Sequence record: LC494302.1
Length of the DNA stretch: 64,000 nucleotides
DNA from: Escherichia phage SP27
Strand: one strand, 5' to 3'
This document shows positions 16,902 to 26,225 of this stretch, in pieces. Position 1 is the stretch's first letter, and every line of letters starts with the position of its first letter. Position numbers and translations under genes: made by a program. A model generated the notes under the pieces. That model was given only the letters and a program-made list of their open reading frames with translations. It had not been told where the DNA came from and searched no databases.

Positions 16902-19691
16902 ATGTTAAACAATAATATTGATAATATTGTACAACTTCTTTATGGGCATCACAAATTTATTGAAAGAAATACTGGTGATACAATAGACCCAACAGTACAA
17001 CATTATGTGGTGAATAATCAGGGTGTTTTGGCGAACAACCGTCATTTTATTAACTATTCTGCAATGGAAGGTCAACCAAACGGTGACGGGACAACAGAAG
17101 GTCAAAGTCTATTAATTTTAGGATACATTTATGCGTATCTGGCAACAAATGATCCAATGTTTTTAGATAAAGCCAAATGGTACTGGGATGCATATCATCA
17201 GTACTTTTATGCTGGGCGTGAATTACCAGACCCACCAACCCCACTGCAATGTAACTGGATAGTTAATGCCAAAGAACCGATTTTGGCTAACTGGCCTTTA
17301 GCTGATGATGGATGGCCTACACATGGTGGTTTCAAGGGTGTAGAATTTACATTTACAAATGGACAATGTAAAATACCACATGGTGCACCTTATTATGGTC
17401 AGTTCTTGGATAAAGTAACATTTGCATTCAAAGGTGCTTTAGCATGGAACCAAATAAATGCGTCAGTAAAAGCATTATTACCAGATGGTAGTGTTGATTG
17501 GGATACACCAGGTGAACAATATGATGTTGACTGGATTATCGATTTCATGGGTAGAAAAATCGACTGGGATGGTAATATTTTAGCAGAAGGTTTTGACGAA
17601 TCTGAAAAAGGAACTGTTCAATTAAAGAATACAACAATTAATGGTGTATATAAATTAAATTTTGCAAATCGTCAACCAGTAGAATATGGTGGTGTGATAA
17701 TTCAACGAAATGAAATGCAACACAACCGCCCTCTTCATGTTCCAATTGATTTGGAATTTGCTGATAACGCATCAGATGCAGAATTATGGTTTAGTGATGC
17801 TTCTTATTTGTTATATAAAATAACAAAAGAAAGAAAACATTATTTGGGTTGGAAATGTTCACTACTAACGTGTTATGCTTATGGTGATATTGACTCCAGA
17901 GATAAATTTTTCAGACAAAGTACAATTGTAACCACACCATTCACTGATGGTATTTCCTATGAATATTTTTATCCAAGTGATGCTATTGCTAAGTTTGGTA
18001 GAAATTCTCTAGGATATATTACTATCAGGCAAGACCAAAGTGCACAAAGTACTATGGAACAACAAGCTATTTGGTTCAGGGTCAATGCTGATTCTAAATT
18101 ACTTGTAGACTATGGTGGTGTATGTGATGATGGTAAGCCGTTATCATTTAAACCAGTACTGGAATTGTCAAAAACAAAAAATGACCATGATGTTGTTCGT
18201 TATCGTTGTGGCTTACCGGAAAGTAAAGACCAAAATATCACACATTCATTAACACCTTTAAGTGCATTTGTTAGAGAAAAGAAAGCAGATGGTTCCCCTT
18301 ATATAATTGCTGATAGTAGAATTGTTGTTCCTTATGGTGCAGCTACGTCCGAAATGATATATAGTACTGATATATTAGTTACACGCCGCGATACCATTAA
18401 TCAGTTAGTTTGTGGTGAAGATGATGGTGCTGTTATTGGATTTTGGCTATTAGCAACAAATAAGTCTGAAGTTAAATCTTTTACCTATCGTTCATATGAA
18501 GATGATTACAATATAAGAATTGTAGATGATAATGGTTGGAGATGGTGGTGGATGATTCCTGCAACACACGGGGAATGGACTACAATCACACTAAGTTCCG
18601 ATACATTACGTTTATCTGGGTATCAGCCAAATCATCCAAGTTCTGACCCAAGACCAGATGCACCAGTTTATAGTGAACTAGAAGATATTACTATTTTACC
18701 TGATACAACCCCAGTAGATGGTGTTGCTGCAATAATTGATTGGTATTGTATTAATGACATTCCAGAATTATACACGGATGCTGACGGTGATGACTATACT
18801 ATGACATTTTCAATAACAATTGCAGGTGAATCACCATATACTGCACAGTTAGGGGATTGTGTAATCAAGGATTATTTGTTAAACTCATTGCATTACACAC
18901 CAGGAACAATACCATTTTCTAACATCACTGACCCGTATGCGAACCAGTATTCAGGATGGCGTGGTTTACCGTATCCAGGTTATCAATATCCTGTGATATA
19001 TTGTTTTAAAGACCAGCCGGTAGATAACACACGCTTAGGAAACATGTTAAGCTTTATGAAAGATTCCCAAACATGGTTTACTCAACAATTCGGTACTGTT
19101 GGTCCGTGTGCACAAGCATATGTTTGGAACCGCTGGGATAACTTAAAATATGGTGAACCAGATACATTTACTATGCTACATTGGGGTGATCAAGCATGGA
19201 GTGGGTATGAACCACGTGCGTTCTTTGGGGCTGCCAGAGCATGGCAAGAACTCGCAGAGAGAGGAATTGAACCACCAGCAGATCTTGTTGAATTTTGTGA
19301 GAATTGGATTCACTTTTTAATTCAATTTCAAAAAGATAATGATGGTCGTTCACCAACAATCTTCAATAAAGATGGCACAGTTGAAGGTCCAGATTGGGAC
19401 TTTACAGGTCATATGTGTGGGTTGTGGTTAGCTGGGGCTTGTGCTGCTGGATTGGCTGGATGTAAAATAGAAGGTCTAACAACACTCGCTGATAACTTAG
19501 TTCTCGAACTTCAAAAGAATTATGTTATTGTAAATCCAGGTTCACCAATGAATGGTTCATGGAGTCCAGCAGTTAGAGAAGGTACTGATAATGGTATGTT
19601 TTTTGGTTTCTGGGCAGGTGAGATTATGCGTGGATTGGGATTATACTCAATGTACCGCTTAAACACACCAAATCGTTTCCGTGATTTATAA
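16902..19691 (+). CDS. large hypothetical protein (929 aa)
   Basis: Long uninterrupted ORF, Trp/Tyr/Gly-rich (WRWWWM, CGLWLAGACAAGLAGC); no catalytic motif recognised. Confidence 0.55.
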   Translation: MLNNNIDNIVQLLYGHHKFIERNTGDTIDPTVQHYVVNNQGVLANNRHFINYSAMEGQPNGDGTTEGQSLLILGYIYAYLATNDPMFLDKAKWYWDAYHQYFYAGRELPDPPTPLQCNWIVNAKEPILANWPLADDGWPTHGGFKGVEFTFTNGQCKIPHGAPYYGQFLDKVTFAFKGALAWNQINASVKALLPDGSVDWDTPGEQYDVDWIIDFMGRKIDWDGNILAEGFDESEKGTVQLKNTTINGVYKLNFANRQPVEYGGVIIQRNEMQHNRPLHVPIDLEFADNASDAELWFSDASYLLYKITKERKHYLGWKCSLLTCYAYGDIDSRDKFFRQSTIVTTPFTDGISYEYFYPSDAIAKFGRNSLGYITIRQDQSAQSTMEQQAIWFRVNADSKLLVDYGGVCDDGKPLSFKPVLELSKTKNDHDVVRYRCGLPESKDQNITHSLTPLSAFVREKKADGSPYIIADSRIVVPYGAATSEMIYSTDILVTRRDTINQLVCGEDDGAVIGFWLLATNKSEVKSFTYRSYEDDYNIRIVDDNGWRWWWMIPATHGEWTTITLSSDTLRLSGYQPNHPSSDPRPDAPVYSELEDITILPDTTPVDGVAAIIDWYCINDIPELYTDADGDDYTMTFSITIAGESPYTAQLGDCVIKDYLLNSLHYTPGTIPFSNITDPYANQYSGWRGLPYPGYQYPVIYCFKDQPVDNTRLGNMLSFMKDSQTWFTQQFGTVGPCAQAYVWNRWDNLKYGEPDTFTMLHWGDQAWSGYEPRAFFGAARAWQELAERGIEPPADLVEFCENWIHFLIQFQKDNDGRSPTIFNKDGTVEGPDWDFTGHMCGLWLAGACAAGLAGCKIEGLTTLADNLVLELQKNYVIVNPGSPMNGSWSPAVREGTDNGMFFGFWAGEIMRGLGLYSMYRLNTPNRFRDL

Positions 19692-19692
19692 C

Positions 19693-19721
19693 TTGACATA
19701 GAAAAAGTAATTATGTATAAT
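19693..19721 (+). promoter_or_regulatory. sigma70-like promoter (TTGACA-17-TATAAT)
   Basis: Perfect -35 and -10 hexamers with a 17-nt spacer immediately after the upstream stop codon. Confidence 0.5.
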
Positions 19722-19722
19722 C

Positions 19723-19753
19723 AGAGAACTTCATATGGAGTTCTCTTTTTTTA
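19723..19753 (+). terminator. hairpin plus T7 tract immediately downstream of the promoter -10
   Basis: agagaact-tcatatgg-agttctct followed by TTTTTTT; either the terminator of the upstream gene or a leader attenuator. Confidence 0.5.
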
Positions 19754-19765
19754 TAAGGTGATAAA

Positions 19766-20185
19766 ATGTTAAATGAACGTATTAAAAATGCACTACATGT
19801 ATTGAACCAAGAAGTAAATTCTATTGATAAAAGTACTGACCGTTATAAAGTAATGCATGAAATCAAACAAGAATTGGAATCTATTAATAAGGGAGAATGG
19901 TGGTATCTTCAGCCCGAATATCAAACTCGTGAATTAAACGATGTTGAAAAAGAAATTGTCAAATTCATCACTACTCGTTACTGTGATACATCAGAGAATG
20001 AGGTATCAGCGAACTTCAATCTTACTAAATTGGAAGTCGAAGAAAAATTCAATTTTGATTGGCTTGATTGGATTGAAATGGTCATGGAACTAGAAGAAAA
20101 ATTCAATGTTGAAGTTGATGAAAAGTTCGAGAATAATGAAACGAAGCTGTATGAACTAGTAGAACATATTCAAAAAATGTTGTAA
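19766..20185 (+). CDS. hypothetical acidic protein (139 aa)
   Basis: ORF downstream of the promoter/hairpin; Glu-rich with coiled-coil-like composition. Confidence 0.45.
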   Translation: MLNERIKNALHVLNQEVNSIDKSTDRYKVMHEIKQELESINKGEWWYLQPEYQTRELNDVEKEIVKFITTRYCDTSENEVSANFNLTKLEVEEKFNFDWLDWIEMVMELEEKFNVEVDEKFENNETKLYELVEHIQKML

Positions 20186-20238
20186 AACTATACAATTGTA
20201 TACTCTAAATAATATCATCAACTATAGGAGATATTATT

Positions 20239-20613
20239 ATGAGTATGTTAGAAATAATTGTTTCAAAAATTCTTATTCCATTTTGGAAACCAATTTCTTT
20301 TGTATTATTAATTGGCGGTTCAGCTTATGCTGGTTGGGAAGCTAATACTTATTACAGTGGATATCAACAAAGCATAGAGCAACAAATAGCTAAAAAAGTT
20401 GATACCGCCTTGGATAAAATGCAACAAGAAAATGCAAAAAATTACCTTGAAACTAAAAAAATCATGGAAGATAATGCTAAAGTTATTGAAACAAAGGTTC
20501 CTTTTATTGTAGAACGTGAAGTTTATAAGAATGTATGTTTAGATGAAGATGGTGTAAAAGTACTGAATGAACTAAAACAAAATTCTCAAGCAGCGAGGAA
20601 TAAATTCAAATGA
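20239..20613 (+). CDS. putative i-spanin (Rz-like inner-membrane spanin)
   Basis: Single N-terminal transmembrane segment (ILIPFWKPISFVLLIGGSAYAGW) then a charged helical periplasmic region; immediately upstream of a lipoprotein ORF. Confidence 0.5.
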   Translation: MSMLEIIVSKILIPFWKPISFVLLIGGSAYAGWEANTYYSGYQQSIEQQIAKKVDTALDKMQQENAKNYLETKKIMEDNAKVIETKVPFIVEREVYKNVCLDEDGVKVLNELKQNSQAARNKFK

Positions 20614-20918
20614 AAAAATTATTAGTTCCGTTTATTTCTTTTTTAATTATAAGTGGGTGTGCCGAACAAGTAAAACTACAATCCCCTGCACCAATTAAAC
20701 AAGAAATTCTGTTAGAAAGATGTGATGATGATACACCTCTACCACAAAAAATTATGATTGACAAAAATGGTTTTAAAGGTTATGATGGTGCAGAAATTCT
20801 TAAAGTACTTACTCGTTGGGATGCAGTCTACAATGAATGTGCTTTAAAACATGACGCATTGATTAAAACTATTCGTGATTTACAAGGTAAAGATATTAAA
20901 ATCAATATCAAGGAATAA
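20610..20918 (+). CDS. putative o-spanin (Rz1-like outer-membrane lipoprotein)
   Basis: Signal peptide with lipobox IISGC, Pro-containing mature region; ATGA-coupled to the i-spanin candidate; separated (non-embedded) as in T4 pseT.3/pseT.2. Confidence 0.5.
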   Translation: MKKLLVPFISFLIISGCAEQVKLQSPAPIKQEILLERCDDDTPLPQKIMIDKNGFKGYDGAEILKVLTRWDAVYNECALKHDALIKTIRDLQGKDIKINIKE

Positions 20919-20919
20919 A

Positions 20920-21531
20920 ATGAACAAATATCATGTTTACTATACGACAAAATTATCACTTCTTGAAGAATTAAATCAACGAAGTACTAAGATGAAACGC
21001 TACACTTTAAATGGTATTACTTTTCGATATTTCCCACAAAAAGTTCTTACTTTTGTTAAGAATCCAAAATGCGTGGCATGTGGGATTGAAGCTACTGAAG
21101 TACGCATTGAACGTTCATTATGTTCTGATCCAGTATATGGTAAACCACATTTAAATGTATATGCTGTATGTGGTCTTTATGAAGTTTTAATGACAGTTGA
21201 CCATAATCATCTGGCATCTAAGGGTGGACCTGATTTAGAGTCAAACTTTAATACTATGTGCTCCAGATGTAATCAACTACGTTCGAATAAAACTGAAACA
21301 GTTGATGAGTTTCTTGAAAAAGTTAAAGGTCGTAATCTTCTCCAAGAACATATGAATAATTTCTTTAATGTACAAAAAAAGAAAAATAACATTGACAAGT
21401 CGAAACTACTAGAAGAACGTAGGTTACGTCAAGAATTATGGGAAACCGATCATCTATGGCATGTTCGAGAGTTTGGTCGTCATATGAAAGCTTTGAAAAA
21501 AGAACAGAAGAAATTGAATAAACATGATTGA
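20920..21531 (+). CDS. HNH endonuclease (free-standing homing endonuclease-like)
   Basis: HNH signature: CxxC, DHNHLASKGG, NFNTMCSRCNQLRSNK; start placed at ATG 20920 with AAGGAA RBS (ORF track gives 20875). Confidence 0.7.
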   Translation: MNKYHVYYTTKLSLLEELNQRSTKMKRYTLNGITFRYFPQKVLTFVKNPKCVACGIEATEVRIERSLCSDPVYGKPHLNVYAVCGLYEVLMTVDHNHLASKGGPDLESNFNTMCSRCNQLRSNKTETVDEFLEKVKGRNLLQEHMNNFFNVQKKKNNIDKSKLLEERRLRQELWETDHLWHVREFGRHMKALKKEQKKLNKHD

Positions 21532-21543
21532 TATGATATTATA

Positions 21544-21573
21544 AGGACTTGAGTATTCAAGTCCTTTTTTTTG
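21544..21573 (+). terminator. rho-independent terminator
   Basis: aggacttga-gtat-tcaagtcct hairpin followed by TTTTTTTT. Confidence 0.6.
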
Positions 21574-21583
21574 GAGAAAATAA

Positions 21584-21940
21584 ATGAAATCTAAAATCTT
21601 TTTACCACAATTAATGTGGCATCTAGCAGAGTTAGATGAAAATGATGAATTTACTGACTATGGTGCATGGGATGACAGTACTGAAACTTTTAAACCAGAT
21701 GTAAAATATAAAATCATCTACAATGAAAGCAAAGGGCACAGAAGGTGGACTGAAGAATTTGATCTCGTATTTCTTGACATGAGCACAAATAAGTTTTATC
21801 ATTGTACTTATGAACGAGGTTTAACAGAAGATAGACCAGTACAACCATTCAGTAATGAAACTGATGGTGTTAAGTGCAATGAAGTTTCTGTAACCAGAGA
21901 AGAAATTATCACTTATCGAACTTTGTGGAAATATTTGTAA
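21584..21940 (+). CDS. hypothetical protein (118 aa)
   Basis: ORF after a terminator with a GGAG-containing leader. Confidence 0.45.
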   Translation: MKSKIFLPQLMWHLAELDENDEFTDYGAWDDSTETFKPDVKYKIIYNESKGHRRWTEEFDLVFLDMSTNKFYHCTYERGLTEDRPVQPFSNETDGVKCNEVSVTREEIITYRTLWKYL

Positions 21941-21941
21941 A

Positions 21942-22340
21942 ATGCTTAAAGAATTAGATTTTTCAAACTTAGAAATTATCAGTGCTGTAAAAAACATTTC
22001 CGATATGGGAGATGAGAAAGCAGTTCTTGTTACTATTACTTTTGTAAAAGAAAAAGATAGCTATAGCCATTTAACTGGTATTGAAGAACTAATTCATAAA
22101 ACCAATCTTGAGAATGATGGTAAACTCATCAAGCTTCAGGCTTCATATACGCAAAAAACGTCAAATTTTATAGACCTAAATAATGTAGTCAAGGTGGTAT
22201 ACAATCATCCTGAACACACATATAGGAACACGACAAGAAATGAAAATGTTGCTAACGATTCGAATATTATCGAAGATGTTGAATTCATAAACACAATTTT
22301 TGATCGTTGTTCTAAGGATTTAAAAAAAGTATACATGTAA
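21942..22340 (+). CDS. hypothetical protein (132 aa)
   Basis: ORF tightly coupled to the upstream gene. Confidence 0.45.
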   Translation: MLKELDFSNLEIISAVKNISDMGDEKAVLVTITFVKEKDSYSHLTGIEELIHKTNLENDGKLIKLQASYTQKTSNFIDLNNVVKVVYNHPEHTYRNTTRNENVANDSNIIEDVEFINTIFDRCSKDLKKVYM

Positions 22341-22892
22341 TGGGACATTATATGTTCCAATGATATAATGTATATAGAAAATGACAACGGACATTGAAAA
22401 ATGGACACTGAGAACCTACTTCTCTTGAAAATGTAAAGGATAGATGAGCTTTACCGTTGTAGCGAACAGCAGAAGAAACCTGTTAGAGTACTGGCATTCA
22501 AACAAACACGATGTAAGACCACGAATCACGGCGACACGGCTGTATAAAGAACTCCGATAAGCATACAGAGAGTTCCTAGATAGATGTATAAGGTTCGCAC
22601 CTTACCAGATTTGCTAAGGGAGTTCAAGGATAGCGGACGCAATTTTTACAAGAAAGTTGCGTCCAAAATTTGAGAACAAGTACTACTTTGATCGAATAGA
22701 GTTAGTACTGAGTGCTGTTGATGAAAAGACCAGCGACCGTTGCATATGACTGCGATAGAGAGAAACCGAGCAACCCGCTTTCGCTCTCTAAATTTTGGTA
22801 CAAGAAAGATCCGTCCAAAATTTGAGAAATTCGCAATTCGATAATATCCGATGCCATCATCGTCAAGAGAGACTTAATTGTCTCTTTTTTAT
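22341..22892 (+). ncRNA. candidate structured non-coding RNA region (family unknown)
   Basis: About 550 nt with no credible ORF, visibly GC-richer than flanks, several hairpins (ggacgcaa...ttgcgtcc; aaattttgg...ccaaaattt) whose loops share UACAAGAAAG, ending in a terminator. Strand inferred from the terminator. Confidence 0.3.
22866..22892 (+). terminator. rho-independent terminator
   Basis: agagac-ttaatt-gtctct hairpin followed by TTTTTTATT. Confidence 0.55.
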
Positions 22893-23030
22893 TACCTTCA
22901 TTCCCCTGTGGGGGGATGTAATAGTCCTCAACAAATCCCGTCAAGTTTTTAAAGTACATTATCATTTTCAGAAGGAACTAGTTTACGAAGTAAACGCAGT
23001 GACTTCTTGAGTTACGAGAGAACGAAGTGA

Positions 23031-23459
23031 ATGAGTAACACAACGAAAATATCCGATAAATCCGAATTAACACAAATGTTATTCAAAGAATATTTTGAGT
23101 TTCAGATAAAAGACGAACATCAATTACCACAGCAATATTTGAAAAGAATTAAAGATCCGTCAGTAATTACTAAAGAAACTAATTTTTATAATAGTATTTT
23201 GGATTTCGTTAAATCAGTTCATACAACAAGACCTATTGTAGTTTTGTTTTTTGATAAATCTATTCCTTTAGTAGTTCCTGAAAATGTATTTTTTATTTCA
23301 GAAACTGATTTAAATAATCAAAGTACTGTAAGTAGATTAAGAAATTGCTTACTTGTAGTATGTGATTCTTCTTTGTATAATAACAGAATACTATGGGATA
23401 GAAGTAAACGCAATGCAGTTTCTGAAATGAATCCTGAAATTACCTTTATTATTAACTAA
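23031..23459 (+). CDS. hypothetical protein (142 aa)
   Basis: ORF starting after the non-coding stretch; no motif recognised. Confidence 0.45.
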   Translation: MSNTTKISDKSELTQMLFKEYFEFQIKDEHQLPQQYLKRIKDPSVITKETNFYNSILDFVKSVHTTRPIVVLFFDKSIPLVVPENVFFISETDLNNQSTVSRLRNCLLVVCDSSLYNNRILWDRSKRNAVSEMNPEITFIIN

Positions 23460-23491
23460 ATAATAAGAGAATAACTCTAAGGAGAGATATT

Positions 23492-23932
23492 ATGGAAGAT
23501 ATTAATGATTTACGACACGTAATGGACTTTATCGGAAGTACTGAAGAAGATAATTCGTATGATGAAGTACTATTAACTTTTATTGAAAATAGTTTGTTTT
23601 TAAGTTCTGCTGCACATAACTGGCACTTACAATGTCATTTTTATACAAAGCATTTACAATTAGATGAACTATATAAAGAATTACCAGAATATGTGGACGC
23701 ATTTGTTGAAGGTATCATGAATAATCGTGGTGCTTTACAAGTTGGAACTGGTAATAGTTATCGTTTTACACCAATTGAAGATTGTGTACCAATTCTTGAA
23801 GAATATGTTGAGCAATGTAGAGCAATTCATGATATGCTTGAAGAATCAGGTGATTACGGCAGTGTAAACACATTAGAAGATATTATGAGTTTTGTTGAAG
23901 GAACACTTTACAAACTTAAAGTTTTACAATAA
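23492..23932 (+). CDS. hypothetical His-rich helical protein (146 aa)
   Basis: GGAG RBS; several conserved-looking His (HNWHLQCH) suggest a helical-bundle metal-binding fold; speculative. Confidence 0.45.
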   Translation: MEDINDLRHVMDFIGSTEEDNSYDEVLLTFIENSLFLSSAAHNWHLQCHFYTKHLQLDELYKELPEYVDAFVEGIMNNRGALQVGTGNSYRFTPIEDCVPILEEYVEQCRAIHDMLEESGDYGSVNTLEDIMSFVEGTLYKLKVLQ

Positions 23933-23939
23933 AATATAT

Positions 23940-23969
23940 GGAGAGTCATTGTGACTCTCCTTTTCTTTT
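23940..23969 (+). terminator. rho-independent terminator
   Basis: ggagagtca-ttg-tgactctcc hairpin followed by TTTTCTTTT. Confidence 0.55.
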
Positions 23970-23980
23970 GGAGAAATAAA

Positions 23981-24598
23981 ATGAAATCTCATGATTTAGC
24001 AAAATTACTACTATCTCAACCAAATCTAGAAATTTATCATTATGATGCAGAGAGTGACTTGCATTATCAGAATTTTGATAATAAATTAATGGTCACCCCA
24101 TCTGGCATTTTCACAACGGTAAAACCCACATCAGTTTCTGAAAATGTACTTACACCATACGAAACCCCGCTCTTGGGTCATGTACAAATTTTCTTTAAGG
24201 ATGGTACTATTACTCCAAAATTGGAGGGTTCATCTATTCAAACTGTTCTTAACTTAGAATCTGGGTTGATATTTAACATTCCTTATGAAAAGCCAATTGT
24301 TTTATTAGGTAAAAATCAATCAGCACCATCAGGGAATCAAAATGCTGTTTGGTATACACCCGATGATATTGATTTCATTTCAGTACTGACAGAATATGAT
24401 CCTAATACTTGGCATGAAACATGGGAAAATATGTCATATGATGAAGCAATTGAATGTGGTAAAAATTTAGCCAAAATGTTATTTCCACAAAAAGAAGAAC
24501 TTTCACAAGAACAAATTGATTCATTTTCTAAAGATTTTCCTGATTCTGAATTCAATGTAAAAGTATCACCTTCTATGATTGATAAAATTGAAAAATAA
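23981..24598 (+). CDS. hypothetical protein, paralog family X member 1
   Basis: ATG 23981 after GGAG; N-terminus MKSHDLAKLLLSQPNLEIYHYD is homologous to the ORF at 25334. Confidence 0.5.
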   Translation: MKSHDLAKLLLSQPNLEIYHYDAESDLHYQNFDNKLMVTPSGIFTTVKPTSVSENVLTPYETPLLGHVQIFFKDGTITPKLEGSSIQTVLNLESGLIFNIPYEKPIVLLGKNQSAPSGNQNAVWYTPDDIDFISVLTEYDPNTWHETWENMSYDEAIECGKNLAKMLFPQKEELSQEQIDSFSKDFPDSEFNVKVSPSMIDKIEK

Positions 24599-24610
24599 AA
24601 GAGGTTGAAC

Positions 24611-24964
24611 ATGAGTGATTACCGCGTAACATCTGGACTAATGGCCCGTCTTATTGAAGCAGTTCCTGAAGATGATTATGAAGCTATTTCAGATCGTCTT
24701 TTTGACGCAGATTCTAAACTCCATATTACATATGATGGTGCATTGATTTACAGTACTGATATTGATATGTCTAGTTATGAATTTGAGATTTCTTTTGGTA
24801 ACAAACTAACTACTGAAGAATTCGCTCAAAAATGTGAGCGTGAAGGGTTGTGTATTGATATTAGTTCAGTTCAGCCATATACATCACTGTGGTATGATGG
24901 TGCTGATAGTCCAATGTCTACTACATCTTTACAGGATTTTCTAAATGCAAATCAAAAAGATTAA
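24611..24964 (+). CDS. hypothetical protein (117 aa)
   Basis: ATG 24611 preceded by AGAGG; ORF track gives a TTG at 24605. Confidence 0.45.
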   Translation: MSDYRVTSGLMARLIEAVPEDDYEAISDRLFDADSKLHITYDGALIYSTDIDMSSYEFEISFGNKLTTEEFAQKCEREGLCIDISSVQPYTSLWYDGADSPMSTTSLQDFLNANQKD

Positions 24965-25337
24965 ATTCCACCAGCATTGTTCTATACATGAATGTGATGA
25001 TTGTGGTATACAAATGAGTGACATTTATACAGTTTCCTGTAAAGGTTTCAAATTCACTCACGGTGAACCTGCTTATTGTTATGGTACAGAAGAAGGTGAT
25101 ATCGAAGTAGTACTGAAAGAATTGTTCCAATACTTGCAAAGTGTAGGTCATGATGTTACAATACCCACATATTATGAAGATGATTATGATGCACATGTAG
25201 AAGAAAATACATATTATAATCAATTCGTTTATGGTAATGGTTTTATCACATACCTACATGAGAATGGTATTGAGGTAAAAACTAAGTACACCAGTGATGA
25301 TTATGATGATGATAATTCTATGGAGATTGAAGATTGA
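24945..25337 (+). CDS. hypothetical protein with Cys/His cluster (130 aa)
   Basis: HQHCSIHECDDCG N-terminal cluster; acidic C-terminus. Confidence 0.4.
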   Translation: MQIKKIKFHQHCSIHECDDCGIQMSDIYTVSCKGFKFTHGEPAYCYGTEEGDIEVVLKELFQYLQSVGHDVTIPTYYEDDYDAHVEENTYYNQFVYGNGFITYLHENGIEVKTKYTSDDYDDDNSMEIED

Positions 25338-25918
25338 AAGCAAAAGACTTAGCAGCACTGTTGTTGCAGAATCCTGAAATGGAAGTGTATCATGAGCACA
25401 TGCACATTGATGACATGTGTGACGCTTACTATTCACCAGAAAATGTGTCTGGTATTGAAATTACCCCTAGTGGAGTATTCATCAGTACTGAACGTATTGA
25501 TTATAATTCCCAGCAAGAAATCAAAACTCCACATAATAAACCTCGCATTGGTACAATTGACCTAGTATTTCATCAGGACCGTTTGGTGGAATATGATGAA
25601 GACGATGGTACTACCCGAACTGATGTTGAGAATGTTGTTTTTCGTTTTTATAATGCATACGAAGACCCAACTACTGGAGAAGATTTCTTCCGTGAGCTAT
25701 TAGAGGATGGAGAAGTTTATGGTCAGGATGGTACGGTTTTTGTACTGGACCCTAACTATGAGCCAGATCACAATACATGGCAATTCTATACACCAGAAGA
25801 TGTAATGGAAGTTAAAGTACTTATCGATATTGACGATAAATGGAATCCTATGTATACTTCAATGACATATGAAGAAGCCAAAGAATACTTCGTTTCTAAA
25901 CTAAACATTACAAAATAA
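25334..25918 (+). CDS. hypothetical protein, paralog family X member 2
   Basis: N-terminus MKAKDLAALLLQNPEMEVYHEH is homologous to the ORF at 23981; shared TW and YEEA segments near the C-terminus. Confidence 0.5.
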   Translation: MKAKDLAALLLQNPEMEVYHEHMHIDDMCDAYYSPENVSGIEITPSGVFISTERIDYNSQQEIKTPHNKPRIGTIDLVFHQDRLVEYDEDDGTTRTDVENVVFRFYNAYEDPTTGEDFFRELLEDGEVYGQDGTVFVLDPNYEPDHNTWQFYTPEDVMEVKVLIDIDDKWNPMYTSMTYEEAKEYFVSKLNITK

Positions 25919-25935
25919 TAAGGATTCACAAATTT

Positions 25936-26217
25936 ATGAAAATTGTTGCAAGTGCATGGATGAAACTACCAGATGGTACAACTGCTTTTGAAGAATATGG
26001 CTTTGTTGAAAGTGTCGATGAATTAAAGCGTTTCAAGTGTGAAAATGATGATGATGTTTTTGATATTGTATTTGTATATCATCATATTCCTAATGATACT
26101 GATTATGAACATTATTATTATCATCCTGATTTGTTGGAAACACTTGTATGCGACAACTATCATGAAATTGATGAAAATACAGCTTTACTAATGTTGAGTA
26201 CCGTATCTCCGGTATAA
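25936..26217 (+). CDS. hypothetical acidic protein (93 aa)
   Basis: ORF with upstream AAGGA-like RBS. Confidence 0.4.
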   Translation: MKIVASAWMKLPDGTTAFEEYGFVESVDELKRFKCENDDDVFDIVFVYHHIPNDTDYEHYYYHPDLLETLVCDNYHEIDENTALLMLSTVSPV

Positions 26218-26225
26218 GGAGTAAT

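Noticed and set aside
22647-22829. CRISPR array suggested by two roughly 30-bp direct repeats (tacaagaaag...gtccaaaatttgagaa).
   Set aside because: Only two imperfect copies about 150 bp apart, no regular repeat-spacer periodicity and no cas genes; better explained as paired hairpin elements of an RNA.
22702-23010. Protein-coding ORFs (22702-22965 minus, 22795-23010 plus) in the non-coding stretch.
   Set aside because: No RBS, they overlap each other and the terminator hairpin, and their composition is unlike neighbouring proteins; the region is better treated as RNA or regulatory.
22341-23030. tRNA gene(s) in the ORF-free GC-richer region (suggested by the CCA-adding enzyme in the window and the tRNA cluster of T4).
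   Set aside because: No segment shows a canonical T-arm (GTTCRANYC loop with 5-bp stem) combined with a 7-bp acceptor stem by eye; reported instead as a candidate structured RNA pending a covariance-model search.
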